Numbered from the stretch's first letter, positions 27,096 to 40,165 are shown. The stretch: 64,000 bases of DNA from Camelus dromedarius (GCF_036321535.1 NC_087437.1:13146001-13210000); one strand, 5' to 3'. Notes: a model not told the origin generated them from the letters alone. Made by a program: numbers and translations.

Positions 27096-27669
27096 AAATT
27101 GCATTGTTTTCATTGTGTTTCAAAGCTAGAGACACTTGATAGTCAAGATAACATGATTTAAAAGAAAGCCAACACTATTCTTCAATTTGTGGCATTTTTG
27201 TTGTAGGATGGAAAATTGCCTCACAGTAAAATTGCTTTACCTGACAAGTATTATAATAGTAAATCGGTTTCTTTATTTCCCGGATGCAGCCCTTCTCCTG
27301 CAGGGTACACACTTGCCACCACTGTTGGGGTAAATTCAGTCATCAGGTGCTACTCTCCCATGTGTCCACACTCGGCCTAGATCCTTAGTCTCTGCTCATA
27401 ATTCTTTCTCATTGTGCCCGGCATTTTGGGGCAATTTTTATCATAGGGTCTCATGGTCCCTTTCTGTAACCTGCCTTCCAGCGAGGCCACCTCAGTCCAT
27501 CAGATGTTTGAATATGTCTGAATTCTCTCAGTGGGCAGGATTCAAGTTTTCCTTTAGAAGGCTCAGATGTCTTATGCATCAGTGGACGTCGATGATTAGC
27601 CAGAGAAAGGATGTTGCTAGTGGGCACTTTTTTGAAGAATCTGAATCCCAGGTCTTTCCCAGCTAAAAT

Positions 27670-27960
27670 AACCTGTTACAACAACAGAAAAGGGTGAATG
27701 ACTTGAACAGACAATTAACAAAGCATGATATTCAACGGCCAATAAACATGAAAGGTGCTCAATTGTGAAGTTATAAAAGGTGCTGGAGACATAAAAATTA
27801 AAACGACAATGTGAAGCCACCATAATCCCACAATAACATTTAAAAATGAAAAAGAAAACTCAAAATCTTGGTGAGGATGTGGAAAAGTGAAACTCTTGTA
27901 AAGTGCTGATGGAAGCGTAAAATGGCACAACTAGTTGGAAAAATGTTGGGGATGTTTGCT
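27670..27960 (+). mobile_element. Old L1 ORF2 C-terminal remnant
   Basis: 'gacttgaacagacaattaacaaag...ggccaataaacatgaaaggtgctcaa...ttggtgaggatgtggaaaa'. Confidence 0.7.
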
Positions 27961-28629
27961 ATACAAAACCTGATTTGGGGCAAGTTGTATGTAACCTGCT
28001 GAATCTCTTTCTCACGTAGAAATGGGGATGGTAGCGGGCACATCAGAGAGCTGCAGTAAGGATTCAACAAGGTTATGTGTGCAAAAACAGGACGGAGGTA
28101 GATCACGTGGACCCAGGCACAGGAAAGAGGTAGATGGAGTGATGGGAGCTCTGATTAGAAATATACATAACAAGATAATTATTGTATGTAACTTATGCCT
28201 ATGTTACATTTCCCGGGAAATGTTAAAAATTCTGAGAAAAGTTAGTTTTGTACATTATTCAAAGTGTTTTAATCATCGTTTTCTGGAAGAGAAAAACCGA
28301 TAACTAATTGTGAGCCTCTCAGCAAATGCCAAGGATTTTCTAGTAAAACATTTTTTCAAAAATTTTCATTCTTTTGTGTAAAGGTGTTAAAGCATCTTCC
28401 TGGTTAGAAAACCCAGACAACATCCCATAAAATGATAATTCTGCAGACTGTATTTTTCACACTGGGTCTACAGGTTTGTTTCAGAGAAAAATATAATTTT
28501 CCATGGAGGTTTCAGTAAAACATAGAATAATGTCTATATAAACATTGATATCAAACATTTATGAACATTAGGTTTATATAAATATTTCTCTTTCAGGTTA
28601 TTTCGTTTTATTTTTTATTTCTGCTAACA

Positions 28630-29400
28630 AAAATCAAATAGTACAAGCACACACAATTAACATTCTCTGATCCATTCTCCTCTCCAGAGTTAGCAATTGT
28701 GAAAGTTTTTGTGTATATTCTTCTGGTCATTTGCCTGTGCCCTGTCCCCAGTATGTGTGTACAATGTGCATAATTGTACCTATAGAAATATAGAGTTTTT
28801 AAAATGTGTTTGCTTTTAAGAAAATAAATTGTATTGTATCTTATGTATCATTCTTCAACTTAAATTGTTAATTTGATGGTACGTCTCAGAAATCTCCTTA
28901 TTTGAATCTACTTAGGAAGACCCAACTTTTTAACAGTTTTTTTTTTTTTTTTAGTATTCCAGGCCATAGAAATACCACATTTTGTTTTAACTATGCTTCT
29001 TTTGTGTATCACTTAGACTGTCCCCATATTTTCTTGTTGCTAACAATGCTGTTGTAGCCTCATGCAACAAATGTTATGTCATCTTCCTTGCGCATATGTA
29101 CACAGGTTTCTCTGGGTAGTTACTGAGTCCTGTGATGGCCTGTCACACGGGCTGCACGTTATTAATCATTACATTATGATTGGCCGATGCCGAAATGCTC
29201 TTGAAAGTGAATAAATGAATGAATGAACGCTCTTCACTCTCACCAGCCATATAAGTGACAGTTCCAGTTTCCCATAGCTTTACCAAGATTTAATATCATT
29301 CTTTTAAATTTTGTCAGTCCAACTATGAGAAGTAACATCTCACTATTGCTTAAATATGCCAGCTTGTAAAGGCCACTGAGCGGGGCATGCTGGCATATAT
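28630..29400 (-). mobile_element. Old L1 (L1ME-like) remnant
   Basis: 'tctccagagttagcaattgtgaaagttttt', 'ccacattttgttttaactat' and 'cttcactctcaccagccatataagtga...ccagtttccca'. Confidence 0.55.
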
Positions 29401-29587
29401 TCTGACTTCTTGACTGCCACTGCCCCATTATTACTTTTGATTCATTTTACCCCTTTTGAGTGAGCCAAAGCTTACAAGAGTTTCTAACTCAGTGATTCCA
29501 AACCTAAGAACAAGTCTCTGTAGCAGGAGAATGAACTCTACTTGCTTCCAGTCCTGGGTTTCCTTTCATGAAGCAATGGATCAGGCC

Positions 29588-29740
29588 GTGTGGTCTCAGA
29601 CTTTGGTGTTCACAGGAATCACCTCGGAATCTTGTTAAAATGCAAATCCTGACTCAGCAGATGGTGGGTGGAGCCTGAGAGTCTACGTTTCTAACCAGCT
29701 TACTGGTGGTCCCGAAGCTGCTGGTCTATGTTGCAAGGAA
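29588..29740. mobile_element. MER5A-like MITE
   Basis: 'ggaatcacctcggaatcttgttaaaatgcaaatcctgactcagcag...ggagcctgagagtctacgtttctaacc'. Confidence 0.75.
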
Positions 29741-30641
29741 TTACATGATTTGTACGTACAAATTTACATCAAATGACCAAGTCATCTGGAGCTCTTACAG
29801 ATCCCGTGGTACCTATGGCATTCTCCAAACTGCAGATCAGTATACTTTCTTTAATTACAAGCTCAAGACCACCCCTCTGATGCCTCACTCTTTGCATTAG
29901 ACCTTCAATCACTGCTAATTTATCTCACCATGATATCATTATGATGGTAATCATGGTAATAAGGAGTAGGAAATGAATATATTAATCTTTGTGAATATCT
30001 TTGCCTCACATTGCCCAGCTGTAACATCAACCACTTCTGCAGTCAAAGTACTGAAATTATTCTGTTGCCTCCTTTTCCTTGTCTTTCTGAGCAAAGGCAT
30101 TCCACAAAGTATATAAACCCCTACAGTACTCTGTGCACAGGCACAGGATTGCCTCCATATTCTGGATACTTCTTGCCCAGATGAACTATAATTTATCTCC
30201 AGTCTCTATCTATCTATCTTTCTACCTACTTATCTATCTTCTATAGTCTATATTTCACTATTCTTTACTATAGTCCTTATTCTAATACATTGAATAGATT
30301 TTCTTGATCTTCATCAGATCCTTTTAATTTCATTTAATCTTTATATTTAATATCATTCAATATTCCAAGGTAGGCTGTGGTCAGTTTTACAGGTGGCAGA
30401 ATGGGATCACTTTCCTGCCGACTTGTGGCAAAGAGCATCTGAAATAAGACGTGTTTGAATCTGGAGCCCAGATTCTTCTCATCAAATCATGCAGGCAGCT
30501 TTACTCTCTCTCTCTCCACACAGGTACACACACACACATTCTATAATTCACAACTATTTTTGATGATGAAAATCTTAATGGATTACCTCCTTTATTGTGC
30601 TATTAACATTGGCCCATTGTTTTAATGAGCCCCTTTTAAAT

Positions 30642-31728
30642 TTTTTTAAAATCTTTTATTGACTTATAATCATTTTACAATGTTGTGTCAAATTCCAGTG
30701 TAGAGCACAATTTTTCAGTCATACATGAACATATATATATTCATTGAGACATTTTCTTCTCTGTGAGCTGCCATAAGATCTTGTGTCTGTTTCCCTGTGC
30801 TATACAGTATAATCTTGTTTATCTATTCTACAATTTTGAAATCCCATCTATCCCCTTGGCAACCACAAGTTTGTATTCTATGTCTATGAGTCTATTTCTG
30901 TTTTGTATTTATGCTTTGTTTTTGTTGTTTTTGTTTTGTTTTTAGATTCCACATATGAGCAATCTCATATGATATTTTTCTTTCTCTTTCTGGCTTACTT
31001 CACTTAGAATGACATTCTCCAGGTGCATCCATGTTGCTGTAAATGGCATTATGTTGTCGGTTTTTATGGCTGAGTAGTATTCCATTGTATAAATATACCA
31101 CATCTTCCATTTATGATAGAAACTCTTACCAAAGTGGGTATAGAGGGAACATATCTCAACATAATAAAAGCTATATATGACAAGCCTACAGCCAGCATGG
31201 TACTCAACGGTGAAAAACTCAAAAGCTTCCCACTAAACTCTGGAACAAAACAATAGTGCCCACTATCACCACTCCTATTCAGCATAGTCTTGGAAGTCCT
31301 AGCCACAGCAATAAGGCAAGAGAGAGAAATAAAAGGGATCCAAGTCGGGAAAGAAGAGGAAAAGTGTCACTATATGCCAATGACATGTTACTATATATAG
31401 AAAACCCTAAAAGGTCCACACAAAAACTATTAGAACTGATTGAAGAATTCAGCAAAGTAGCAGGTTACAAGATTAGCATTCAAAAATCGGTTGCATTTCT
31501 TTACACTAACGATGAATCAACAGAAAAAGATAGTAAAGAAACAAGCCCCTTTAAAATAGCACCCAAAGTAATAAAATACCTAAGAATAAATCTAACCAAG
31601 GAGATAAAAGACATACACAGAAAACTATAAACCACTGATGAAGGAAATTAAAGAAGACTTTAAAAAATGGAAAGATATCCCATGCTCCTGGATTGGAAGA
31701 ATCAATATTGTTAAAATGGTCACACTGT
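30642..31728 (-). mobile_element. Young L1 with 5' inversion and internal loss
   Basis: Minus-strand 3' UTR/ORF2 end at 30642-31106 joined to a plus-strand RT segment at 31107-31728 ([15 protein letters not shown]...FSKVAGYKI). TSD core ccttttaaat at 30632-30641 and 31729-31738. Confidence 0.9.
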
Positions 31729-31744
31729 CCTTTTAAATATTTTT

Positions 31745-31940
31745 AATCAACCTATTGAAGCATAGTTTAAATATGTTAAAATGCCTTCATTTTGAGTGTG
31801 TGGTTTGATGAGTTTTCACATGTTTATACCTGAATAACCAATTAAGATATAGAATATTTTCTTCACTCTGGATGTTTTCCTCATATTCTTTAGAAGTCGA
31901 TCCCCAACTCTTGACCTCAAGTAACCACTGATATGCTTTC
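31745..31940 (-). mobile_element. Older L1M 3' end fragment
   Basis: 'ttgagtgtgtggtttgatgagttttcac...aattaagatatagaatattt...aaccactgatatgctttc'. Confidence 0.7.
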
Positions 31941-31944
31941 TTTC

Positions 31945-32488
31945 TCTATTTTGTATATATATGTTTTATTGAAGTATAGTAAGTTTACAATTTTGTGTCA
32001 TTTTCTGGTGTACAGCACAATGCTTCAGTCATATGTGAATATACATATATTCATTTTCATATTCTTTTTACTCATAAGTTACTACAAGATATTGAATATA
32101 GTTCCTTGTGCTATACAGTATGAACTTGCTATTTATCTATTTTATATATATTAGAGTATCTGCAAATCTTGAACTCCCAATTTATCCCTTCCCACCCCCT
32201 CCCTCTCACCCCCAGTAAACATAAGTTTGTTTTCTATGTCTGTGAGTATATTTCTATTTTGTAAATAAGTTTGTCTCTTTTTTTTAAATTCCACATATAA
32301 GTGATACCATATGGTATTTTTCTTTCTCTTTCTGGCTTACTTCATTTAGAATGACAATTTCCAGGTCCATCCATGTCACTGCAAATGGCATTATTTTATT
32401 CTTTCTTTATCACTGAGTAGTATTCCATTGTCTAAATATCACAACTTCTTTATCCAGTCATCTGTCGATGGACATTTAGGTTGTTTTC
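31945..32488 (-). mobile_element. 5'-truncated young L1 (ORF2 end + 3' UTR)
   Basis: Same antisense 3' UTR as the other young copies, ending 'tttatccagtcatctgtcgatggacatttaggttgttt'. No clear TSD. Confidence 0.88.
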
Positions 32489-33744
32489 TAAATGTCACAA
32501 ATATATGATGACATGTTGAGACATGGATCAAAACATGTCATCAGGTTCCAGCAGTGCCCACCTCTAAACTTTTCATGGTGTGCCAATCTGAAATGAGTTT
32601 TATAACTTGTTATTGTAATAATACTATTTAGTACATTGCACCTCAGTAATGCCAGCTCCAAATTAGGATTCACTATATCAAAAGTGAGACACAAGCAAAA
32701 GATATTTTCCTTGGAACATATTGACCTCAACATCCAGATAATAGCTTGCCAATTTACTATGGACTCCATCAGAAGTTTAAAAAATATAATAATGATAAAG
32801 ACACTGTATTTGCATCTTTGTATTCTAAAATTGACTTTATGGTGGCTACTCAGTGTTGAAAAATATCAGAAAGCAAGTTTTCTCATAAAAAACTGAAATT
32901 AATACCAATGAAAACAACGTGTTGAAGCACTATTGCTCTGGTGACACATAATTGTGGTCATTTTACAGAGAGCACCATTAGCAGTGAATGTTGTCACTGC
33001 AATATGCTTTTTGGCTCGAATTTGCCAAATAATTGCTTCAATTACCTGTGTCTCGTTGGCTATGGAATCTTTGTTTCTCGCTAGAGCACTGCTTAGTGAT
33101 CTTCTAGTCAAAACCTCATTTCAATGTCAAAGTGTTGATAAGACTCACATAATAAACTTCCATCGCTATTGTGGCTGAGACGTGATTCTTCTGTCAGTTT
33201 ATGCTGAGAATCGTATTGAAAACAAATGGTTTTGAAGTAGTGTAACTGTATTGTTGGGAAGAGAGAAGCATTCTCCCTTAGGGAAGTTATAATTACATGT
33301 TGCCATAGTGACAATGGACAGAGAAGGCTTTTTGTTTTGTTTGGTTTGGGTTTTTTTTGGGGGGTGCTACTGCTTTCCAGGAAAACTCTCATCAGACTTG
33401 ATAATTGTCAGTGCTGGGCATCTTCCCCCAGCCAAAGGAAAACCTGTCATATTATCAGTTAACACGACTGATTGGAGGAGCGCTCAGTCCATTCTATTGG
33501 CAGTAGCAATCTCAGGAATATTTCAGTAAATCTTAGTAAGGGCAGCAAAGTAAGAACTAGGTCAGCTGATGGGAGATGGCATTTTTATCTCCTAAATTTA
33601 CAGTATCCGGGAGATAGAGAAATTTTAGGGCCTCCAAATACCTTCATTTGATTTACTAAGATTTGAAAACTATTTGTGAAACATCGACTTTTCTATATAT
33701 CTCGTTTAAGTTTCAGCACAACCCTGTGAAAACTGCTTACACAG

Positions 33745-34235
33745 GAAACAACATGCGCACATCTCAGAAGCATTACGTTGAGTAAACGGAGCCAGAGTCT
33801 AAGGGTGATTCCATCTATGTGAAGTACGGCAATAGGCAAAAATAATTTATGATGATGAAAGTCACATGTCTATACCCATCTACATCCTTTCTCAGCCTAC
33901 TGGGTAGAAAACTGTGAGGTGCGCTGCTGTAGCACCGGCTTTCAGCTCTGCACTCACCAGTGAAATTTACTCCGGTAAATTTCAGCTCTTTCGTCTCGAA
34001 GATGAAGTCCCCTCCAGCTCTAATTTCCAGAATATCATCTAGAAAACTCTCCATCCATCCTTTCCAGGAGTTAGGATTGACTGAAAGGGGCCCCAGGGAA
34101 TTTTGTGGGTAATGGACATGTTCCATATTTTAATTGGTGTAGTGGTTACACAGGTGAATATGTTTGTTGAAACTCATCATGCTGTGCATTTAAAATCTAC
34201 ACGTTACTGACTATAAATGTGCAAAAACTGTAAAA
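33745..34235 (+). mobile_element. Old L1M 3' region interrupted by a ~190-bp insert
   Basis: 'tctcagaagcattacgttgagtaaacggagccaga...gattccatctatgtgaagt' resumes after the insert as 'gactgaaaggggccccagggaattttgtgggtaatggacatgttccatat...gtggttacacaggtg'. Confidence 0.7.
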
Positions 34236-34694
34236 AGAAAACTTTATGAGTTTCTCTTATGACCCATATTTTACTCATGAGACAACTGGGACTAAGATGG
34301 GAAGTGATGATTTTCCCAAGTTCAGTGTGGGAGCTGGGAAACCTATATTATCCTATGAGAGTTGCAATTTTATCTTGTGTCCTTTTGTAACAAGATTTTC
34401 ACCATGCCATTAATTATGAGCTTTAAGCTTTTGTATTAGCAAAACAAAAATGAAAAAATATGTATTTCCCACATCCAATCCTATTTATGTGCACACACAC
34501 ATTTTACAGAGACAAATGGCAATGAGTTTCTGCTTTTTCGCTGGGAAAAGCAAAGAAAGAGGCTGTCCAACAGGGGAGGTCATAATAATGCCACTCAGTC
34601 AACGGTGTTCTGAGACATCTGCTCAGTAGAGTGTCCCAATAGGTGTCTTTCTTTTAAGAGGTAAAAAACTTGACATAACAGCTTTCAGTTTGTG

Positions 34695-34855
34695 CAGTAG
34701 TTCCTAAATAAACTCACTAAAGTTACCTCGCATCTTGTTAAAACCACAGCTTCTAACTCAGTGGGTCTGAAGTAAGGCACGTCAATTTGCAATTTTAATA
34801 AATTCCAAGATGGTGATGATATTGCTGGTCCTTAGACCACACTTTGGGTGGCAAA
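34695..34855. mobile_element. MER5A-like MITE
   Basis: 'cttgttaaaaccacagcttctaactcagtgggtctg...tgctggtccttagaccacacttt'. Confidence 0.65.
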
Positions 34856-35207
34856 GATGAGGTCATTAAAACTGTAGTTGAATCTGCAATTTACCTAAGG
34901 TCTCAAACTCAGAAGGCGAGCTGAAATCAGAACCCGTGATATGTTTCTCATATAAGAAACAAGATAAGAGGGTACATAGATAAAGATAAATACGTGGTAG
35001 TGGGGAGAAAATTTGTTGTAGCCATTTATTCAGATTGGTTGTTTAGAGTTATCTGAATGTGAGTAATTGGTTCCATTTTTATTGCTTTATTTCTATGTAC
35101 AAAGCTTTAGGTTGGTGTCCAAATTTCCAATCAAGAAGTTGCTCTTCTAAACAAGGATACATTTGTAATCGTGGGAATCATAGTATGAAACAATGACCAG
35201 CAAAAAT

Positions 35208-35570
35208 GTGTGATGGTCACAACACACACACGGAAGTCAGTTGTTTGTGTTGTACCCATCCTTCTACGTGGCCTTCAGTAATCCTGGCCTCCTGGTGTTC
35301 CCATGGCTGTGCAGTCCTCTTCCACAGTAAGTGGGGCTGACCTGTGAAACCAGTGAGATGATAATGTGTGTGAATTCACAAGATGGATCATAAAAGACAT
35401 TCTGGCTTTGCCTTGTTTACTTCTCGATTGTTGGCTCTGGCAGAAGCCAGCCACCATGTTACGAAAATTCTCAAGCGACCCTTGGAGAGGCCCTCACGGG
35501 AAGAGCTGAGGCCTCCCGCCAACAGCCATGAAGGGAGAGGACTACCTGCGAAGTGGGTCCCTCAGCTCCA
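35208..35570 (+). mobile_element. MLT1-type MaLR LTR (partial)
   Basis: 'cctcctggtgttccc', 'gaagccagccaccatgtt' and 'ggagaggccctcacgggaagagctgaggcctcccgccaacagcca'. Confidence 0.75.
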
Positions 35571-36048
35571 GGGTTTTGAAGCACTCGATAACCAACATAG
35601 TATTAGGAAAAAGGGAGAAACTCTGTATTTGGCAGATACAAGACTTTTGATTTAGAAAGGCAGACTCTGTAGTAAGTCCAAAAAAATTATCTAAGTATAA
35701 TCAAACCCTATTTGAATTAACCCTAAGAGTTCTTCTGATTTCATGGTTTGCAGGTTCTAATCCCAAAGAAATGGATTTTTCAGTGAAGGAAACAAGATAA
35801 AAGCGTAGTCACAAATTGGAACATTTACAGTGTGTTAATGAATAAAACCAGCAAATTATGTGATCTATTATTAGGTTATGTTCTATGCTTAGGAATGTGT
35901 TGATGAAGACTTAGGTTGGGACACTAGCTGAGGAAATTGGGAAAAACAGAGATAATTTTTTTGAATAATTAATAGGACTTCATGATAAATTGAGTTGGTA
36001 TATAAAGAAAAAGGAAGGATAGAAGACACCTTTAAGAATTTGTGCCTA

Positions 36049-36193
36049 GGAGGGAGGGTATAGCTCAAGTGGTAGAGCACATGCTTAGCATACCCGAGGT
36101 CTTGGGTTCAATCCCCGGAACCTCCTCTAAAAACAAAATTTAAAAAATAAATAAACCTAATTACCGCCCTCCCCCCAAAAAAGAAAAAAAATA
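36049..36193 (+). mobile_element. Camelid tRNA-derived SINE (vic-1 type)
   Basis: 'gggagggtatagctcaagtggtagagcacatgcttagcat...gggttcaatcccc'. TSD taagaatttgtgc at 36033-36045 and 36194-36206. Confidence 0.92.
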
Positions 36194-36525
36194 TAAGAAT
36201 TTGTGCTCAATTGATTGAAGAATAATGGCATGCAGTGTTGAATAAAACAGATTACTTGAGTAGAATAAGCCAGGGTTTTAGAGACAGGGAAGAAAACAGA
36301 GGGTTTTTTTTTTTTTGAGATGTATTGAATTTTGCATAACAAGAAATCCTGGGGGAGAATGCCTTCTTTTTGATTTTTGCTGTCCTCTTGTACTCCCTAA
36401 TGATGATTATTTTTCTCATTTTGAAACCCATCCCTGAAAAACAGAGATAACCAATATATTTATTTTACTTATGAAAAAATAAAAAAAAAAATCCTTTGCA
36501 AGTGAGAGTTTTAACAATATGTTCA

Positions 36526-36670
36526 GGAGGGGAGGCTATAGCTCAGTGATAGAGTGTGTGCTTCATAAACATGAGGCCCTGGATCCAATCCCCAGTACCT
36601 CCATTAAAAAAAATAATCAATAGATAAATCTAATTATCTCTCCCCAATAATAATAAAAATAAAAATAAAA
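36526..36670 (+). mobile_element. Camelid tRNA-derived SINE (vic-1 type, more diverged)
   Basis: 'ggggaggctatagctcagtgatagagtgtgtgctt...caatccccagtacctccatt...ctaattatctctcccc' plus A-rich tail. Confidence 0.85.
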
Positions 36671-38309
36671 ATATATTTAATACTTAGAATTAGAAATTGT
36701 GTAAAATCCAGCTTTCCCCAAACCAACCGATGGGTCCTTCCAGCTGGAGTATATTGTGATCACTGCACAGCTTTCCCAGGCACTTGGCGTCTTGAAATTG
36801 TCACTGTTTTGAAATGGGAAGATGTTTTTGATAAGGTTTTAATACAGTGCCTGTTTCCTGGTGGGTACCTGATAGCTTTTAGCTTTTAGCTTTGAATAAC
36901 TAGAAATCCAATGCTGTAAATTCACCAAAAATATATAAGGCTTTGGGAAATCTGTTCATGCAGCCAAACTCATAGAAGACTGATTTGTGAAACTGAATGC
37001 CAAAGTGTTCACTGACAAACAGGCGCACATAATTCTAATAACTGGAACATTCAGTAAAGGACATTGCTAGTTTTCAGGTATTTTTCGGTTGTCAAACTCT
37101 CTTGTCCTCACATCACTTCCTTTAATGATTCCCAGAATCACAGTTTGTCTTTCATTAACTGCAGTTTTGAGTTTTGAGGGTGTCTTCCCAATGAAATTTC
37201 ACAAAGATAAATTAATGTAAGAGACTGCATATTTATAAATAATACTTTTGAGCTAAGTGACTTTGGTGAGGATGACTTTTTTGACTTTTCTTCTATTTTA
37301 TAACGATAGCTTCTTAGCTTTCTTTTTAGTGTGTAGATATTTGCTCCATTTTAACAAAAAAAAAGGGACCTAAATAAAAAAAAATATATGGTTAAACAAA
37401 TAGCTGAGTTATAATTACTGTATAACATTAAGCATAAACAAACCTATGGTAGATGCTTAACGAGTTGGAGGCATTTTAATTAGACAATAAACTTCAAGCA
37501 ATTTACTTCAAAGACATTTGAGGCTAATAGGCTAATTATATGTTGCCTGAGGGAGGAAATATTTCCTTCAGCTGACTTATTGATTTGTTGCCTTTTAACA
37601 GAAAATTATGCTGATCTAATTACAAAGAAGGGTTAAAAAGCTAATAACTTCAAACCTGAGGTTGTCCATAATGGAACAGAATGATTAATGGTCTAACAGA
37701 AGCAACTGCGCATGAACGTTTAGCCAGAGACCTGAAATGTCATGTCAATAACAGAGAAGGGGGAACAGAAATACTCCTACTGATTTTTCTTTCTGCATCA
37801 AGTGATGTTAAAATAGCTAAATGGTGTTGCAATTGGACCCATGGTGTAGCAGTCACTTATAATCAAGTCTTTAAACTTTGTTTTTCTGGATTATTAATTT
37901 CTCAAAAACAAAATTCCTGTTAACGCTAATATGCTCTTCAGTGAGTACTATGCACAATCTTCTTCAAAAACCAATTTTTTGAAGTCAGTTTGAAGGTCAT
38001 GAAGGGGAATGGAATCAATGGATCAACATCAGGAGCCCCGGGAAGTCAAGGTAGATCACCAGGTAGCCATACAAATCCCGCTCCACAATGCTGCCAATGG
38101 AGGAATTATAAAAGGAACATGGGGCTGACGGCTGGGACCACATAAATTGGTTTTAAGACTTTCCCTTGAGATGGGAAGGGCTAGAGAGCATGGGTCCCAT
38201 TTTGAGACATGAAACCAGAAAATGTGTGTGAAGGTAATTCATTATTTATCACCTGTTCTAGTCTGGCTCCAGCTCCGAATGACTGCCACACCCAGAAGCA
38301 GACTTCTTT

Positions 38310-39062
38310 TTTTTTTTTTTAACGTTTTTTTATTGAATTATAGTCATTTCACAATGTTGTGTCAAATTTCAGTGTAGAGCACAATTTTTCAGTTACGCAT
38401 GAATGTGTGTGTGTATATATATATATATATATTTATATATATACATTGTCACATTTTTTTCTCTGTGAGCTATCACAAGATCTTATATATATTTCCCTGT
38501 GCTATACAGTATAATTCTGTTTATCTATTCTACATTTTGAAATCCCAGTCTGTCCCTTCCCACCCCGGCCCCCTTGGCAACCAAAAGTTTGTGTTCTATG
38601 TCTATGAGTCTGTTTCTGTTTTGTATTTATGGTTTTTTTTTTTTTTTTTTTTTTTAGATTCCACATATGAGCAATCTCATATGGTATTTTTCTTTCTCTT
38701 TCTGGCTTACTTCACTTAGAATGACATTCTCCAGGGACATCCATGTTGCTGCAAATGGCGTTACGTTGTCGGGTTTTATGGCTGAATAGTATTGTATAAA
38801 TACACCACATCTTCTTTATCCAGTCATCTGTCGATGGACATTTAGGCTGTCTCCATGTCTTGGCTATTGTAAATAATGCTGCTATGAACATTGGGGTGCA
38901 GGTGTCATCCTGAAGTAGGGTTCCTTCTGGATATATGCCCAGGAGCGGGATTCCTGGGTCATATGGAATCTCCATACTGTTTTCCATAGTGGCTGCACCA
39001 AACTGCATTCCCACCAGCAGTGTAGGAGGGTTCCCTTTTCTCCACAGCCTCTCCAGCATTTG
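38310..39062 (-). mobile_element. Young 5'-truncated L1 with perfect 16-bp TSD
   Basis: ORF2 C-terminus (CTPMFIAALFTIAKTWRQPKCPSTDDWIKKMW), 3' UTR and poly(A). TSD agaagcagacttcttt at 38294-38309 and 39063-39078. Confidence 0.95.
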
Positions 39063-39971
39063 AGAAGCAGACTTCTTTGTCCTGGGAAGAAGGAGCTATG
39101 CTTGTAGTCTGAGCTGGGGCAGCCCTCGGGCAGTGTTGGAACCTAAGGTTAGGAGAGCTTGTCAGTAGCACCAGATAGTCCATTAACAGTACTGAGGCTG
39201 GGGTGGCACCATCAGCCCTTGGTGACCATATGTGTTGCTGGTAAAAGAGAACAGAGACTTGGGAAGCCTTAGAGAACAGCTTAATGAACTCCTGCACATC
39301 GAGAGTAGGACGAAGCAGCATTTGAGAAACAAGATTTTGTTTTGAGGAAGACAGTGCTATTTCTATTATCTTGTCTCTATGAAGAAGAAGATAAAAATCA
39401 TCTACAATTCTACTACCCCTTCCCCAGAGATAATGACAATTAATTCCCAGGTGGACATACTCTTAAAAGTGTTTCTTTCTTGTTCACTTACTTACTTTTC
39501 CCCTTTTATCCACCCTGCTAGATTTTTAAAATTAAGCTGCATCATGAACTTTTTTTCATATCATGGCTTACTCTTCCATAATGTAATTTTCAGTGGCTTT
39601 TTGATATTTAGTTGTAAGATTCCACTATCATTGGTAGTTAAGATCATTGCCAAAAATATTTTTATTGTGACCTATATCTTTATTTTGTTTTGTTTTCTTG
39701 TGGATGAAAACTATGTCCCCAAAATCTTCAACTCTTGGGTTCGGTTGCCTTTACTTTCTTGTTTCTGTCTGTCTGTTGTGCAGGCAGGAGTGACCTTGCT
39801 TCTTCTTTGCTTTTTTCCTGTCCTAGTCTTAGTTTAGAGAACTGGCCTCGGTGCTTTAACCAGAGGACCAATACTGGAGGCAGTTTCTGTATTTATGGGA
39901 ACTGGAGGGGGCTGGGAGCAGGGGGATGGACTGGCTTAACTATTTCTCTTTATTTCCTTACTCTGATTCTA

Positions 39972-40122
39972 ACAGTGATCCATGAACCAGCAGTGTGGGC
40001 ATCCCCTGGAGGCTGGTTAAAAATACAGACTCTCAGGCCCACCCCAGACCTGTTGAATCAGAACCTGCATTTAGGTTGATATTCCAGTGGATCATATGCA
40101 TGTGAGAGTCTAGGACGCACTG
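39972..40122 (+). mobile_element. MER5A MITE
   Basis: 'cagactctcaggcccaccccagacctgttgaatcagaacctgcattt'. Confidence 0.8.
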
Positions 40123-40165
40123 CTTTAGTTGGTTGCCATTAATTGTCCTTTGATTATTCCTACAC

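Noticed and set aside
31256..31630. RT-like ORF as a functional gene
   Set aside because: Frameshifted, truncated L1 ORF2 fragment with the catalytic motif altered (YAND).
32899..33111. 'QIRAKKHIAVTT' resembles the Helitron/PIF1 helicase segment after Walker A
   Set aside because: No upstream GxGKT motif and no downstream SGIAA motif; the match is too short.
33940..34021. CRISPR-like repeat-spacer pattern
   Set aside because: Only three 10-bp imperfect repeats with unequal spacing, in a mammalian context with no cas genes, and explainable by MIR ancestry.
36052..36125. tRNA-like sequence with A and B boxes
   Set aside because: It is a SINE head: followed by the SINE body, A tail and TSD, and repeated four times in the window.
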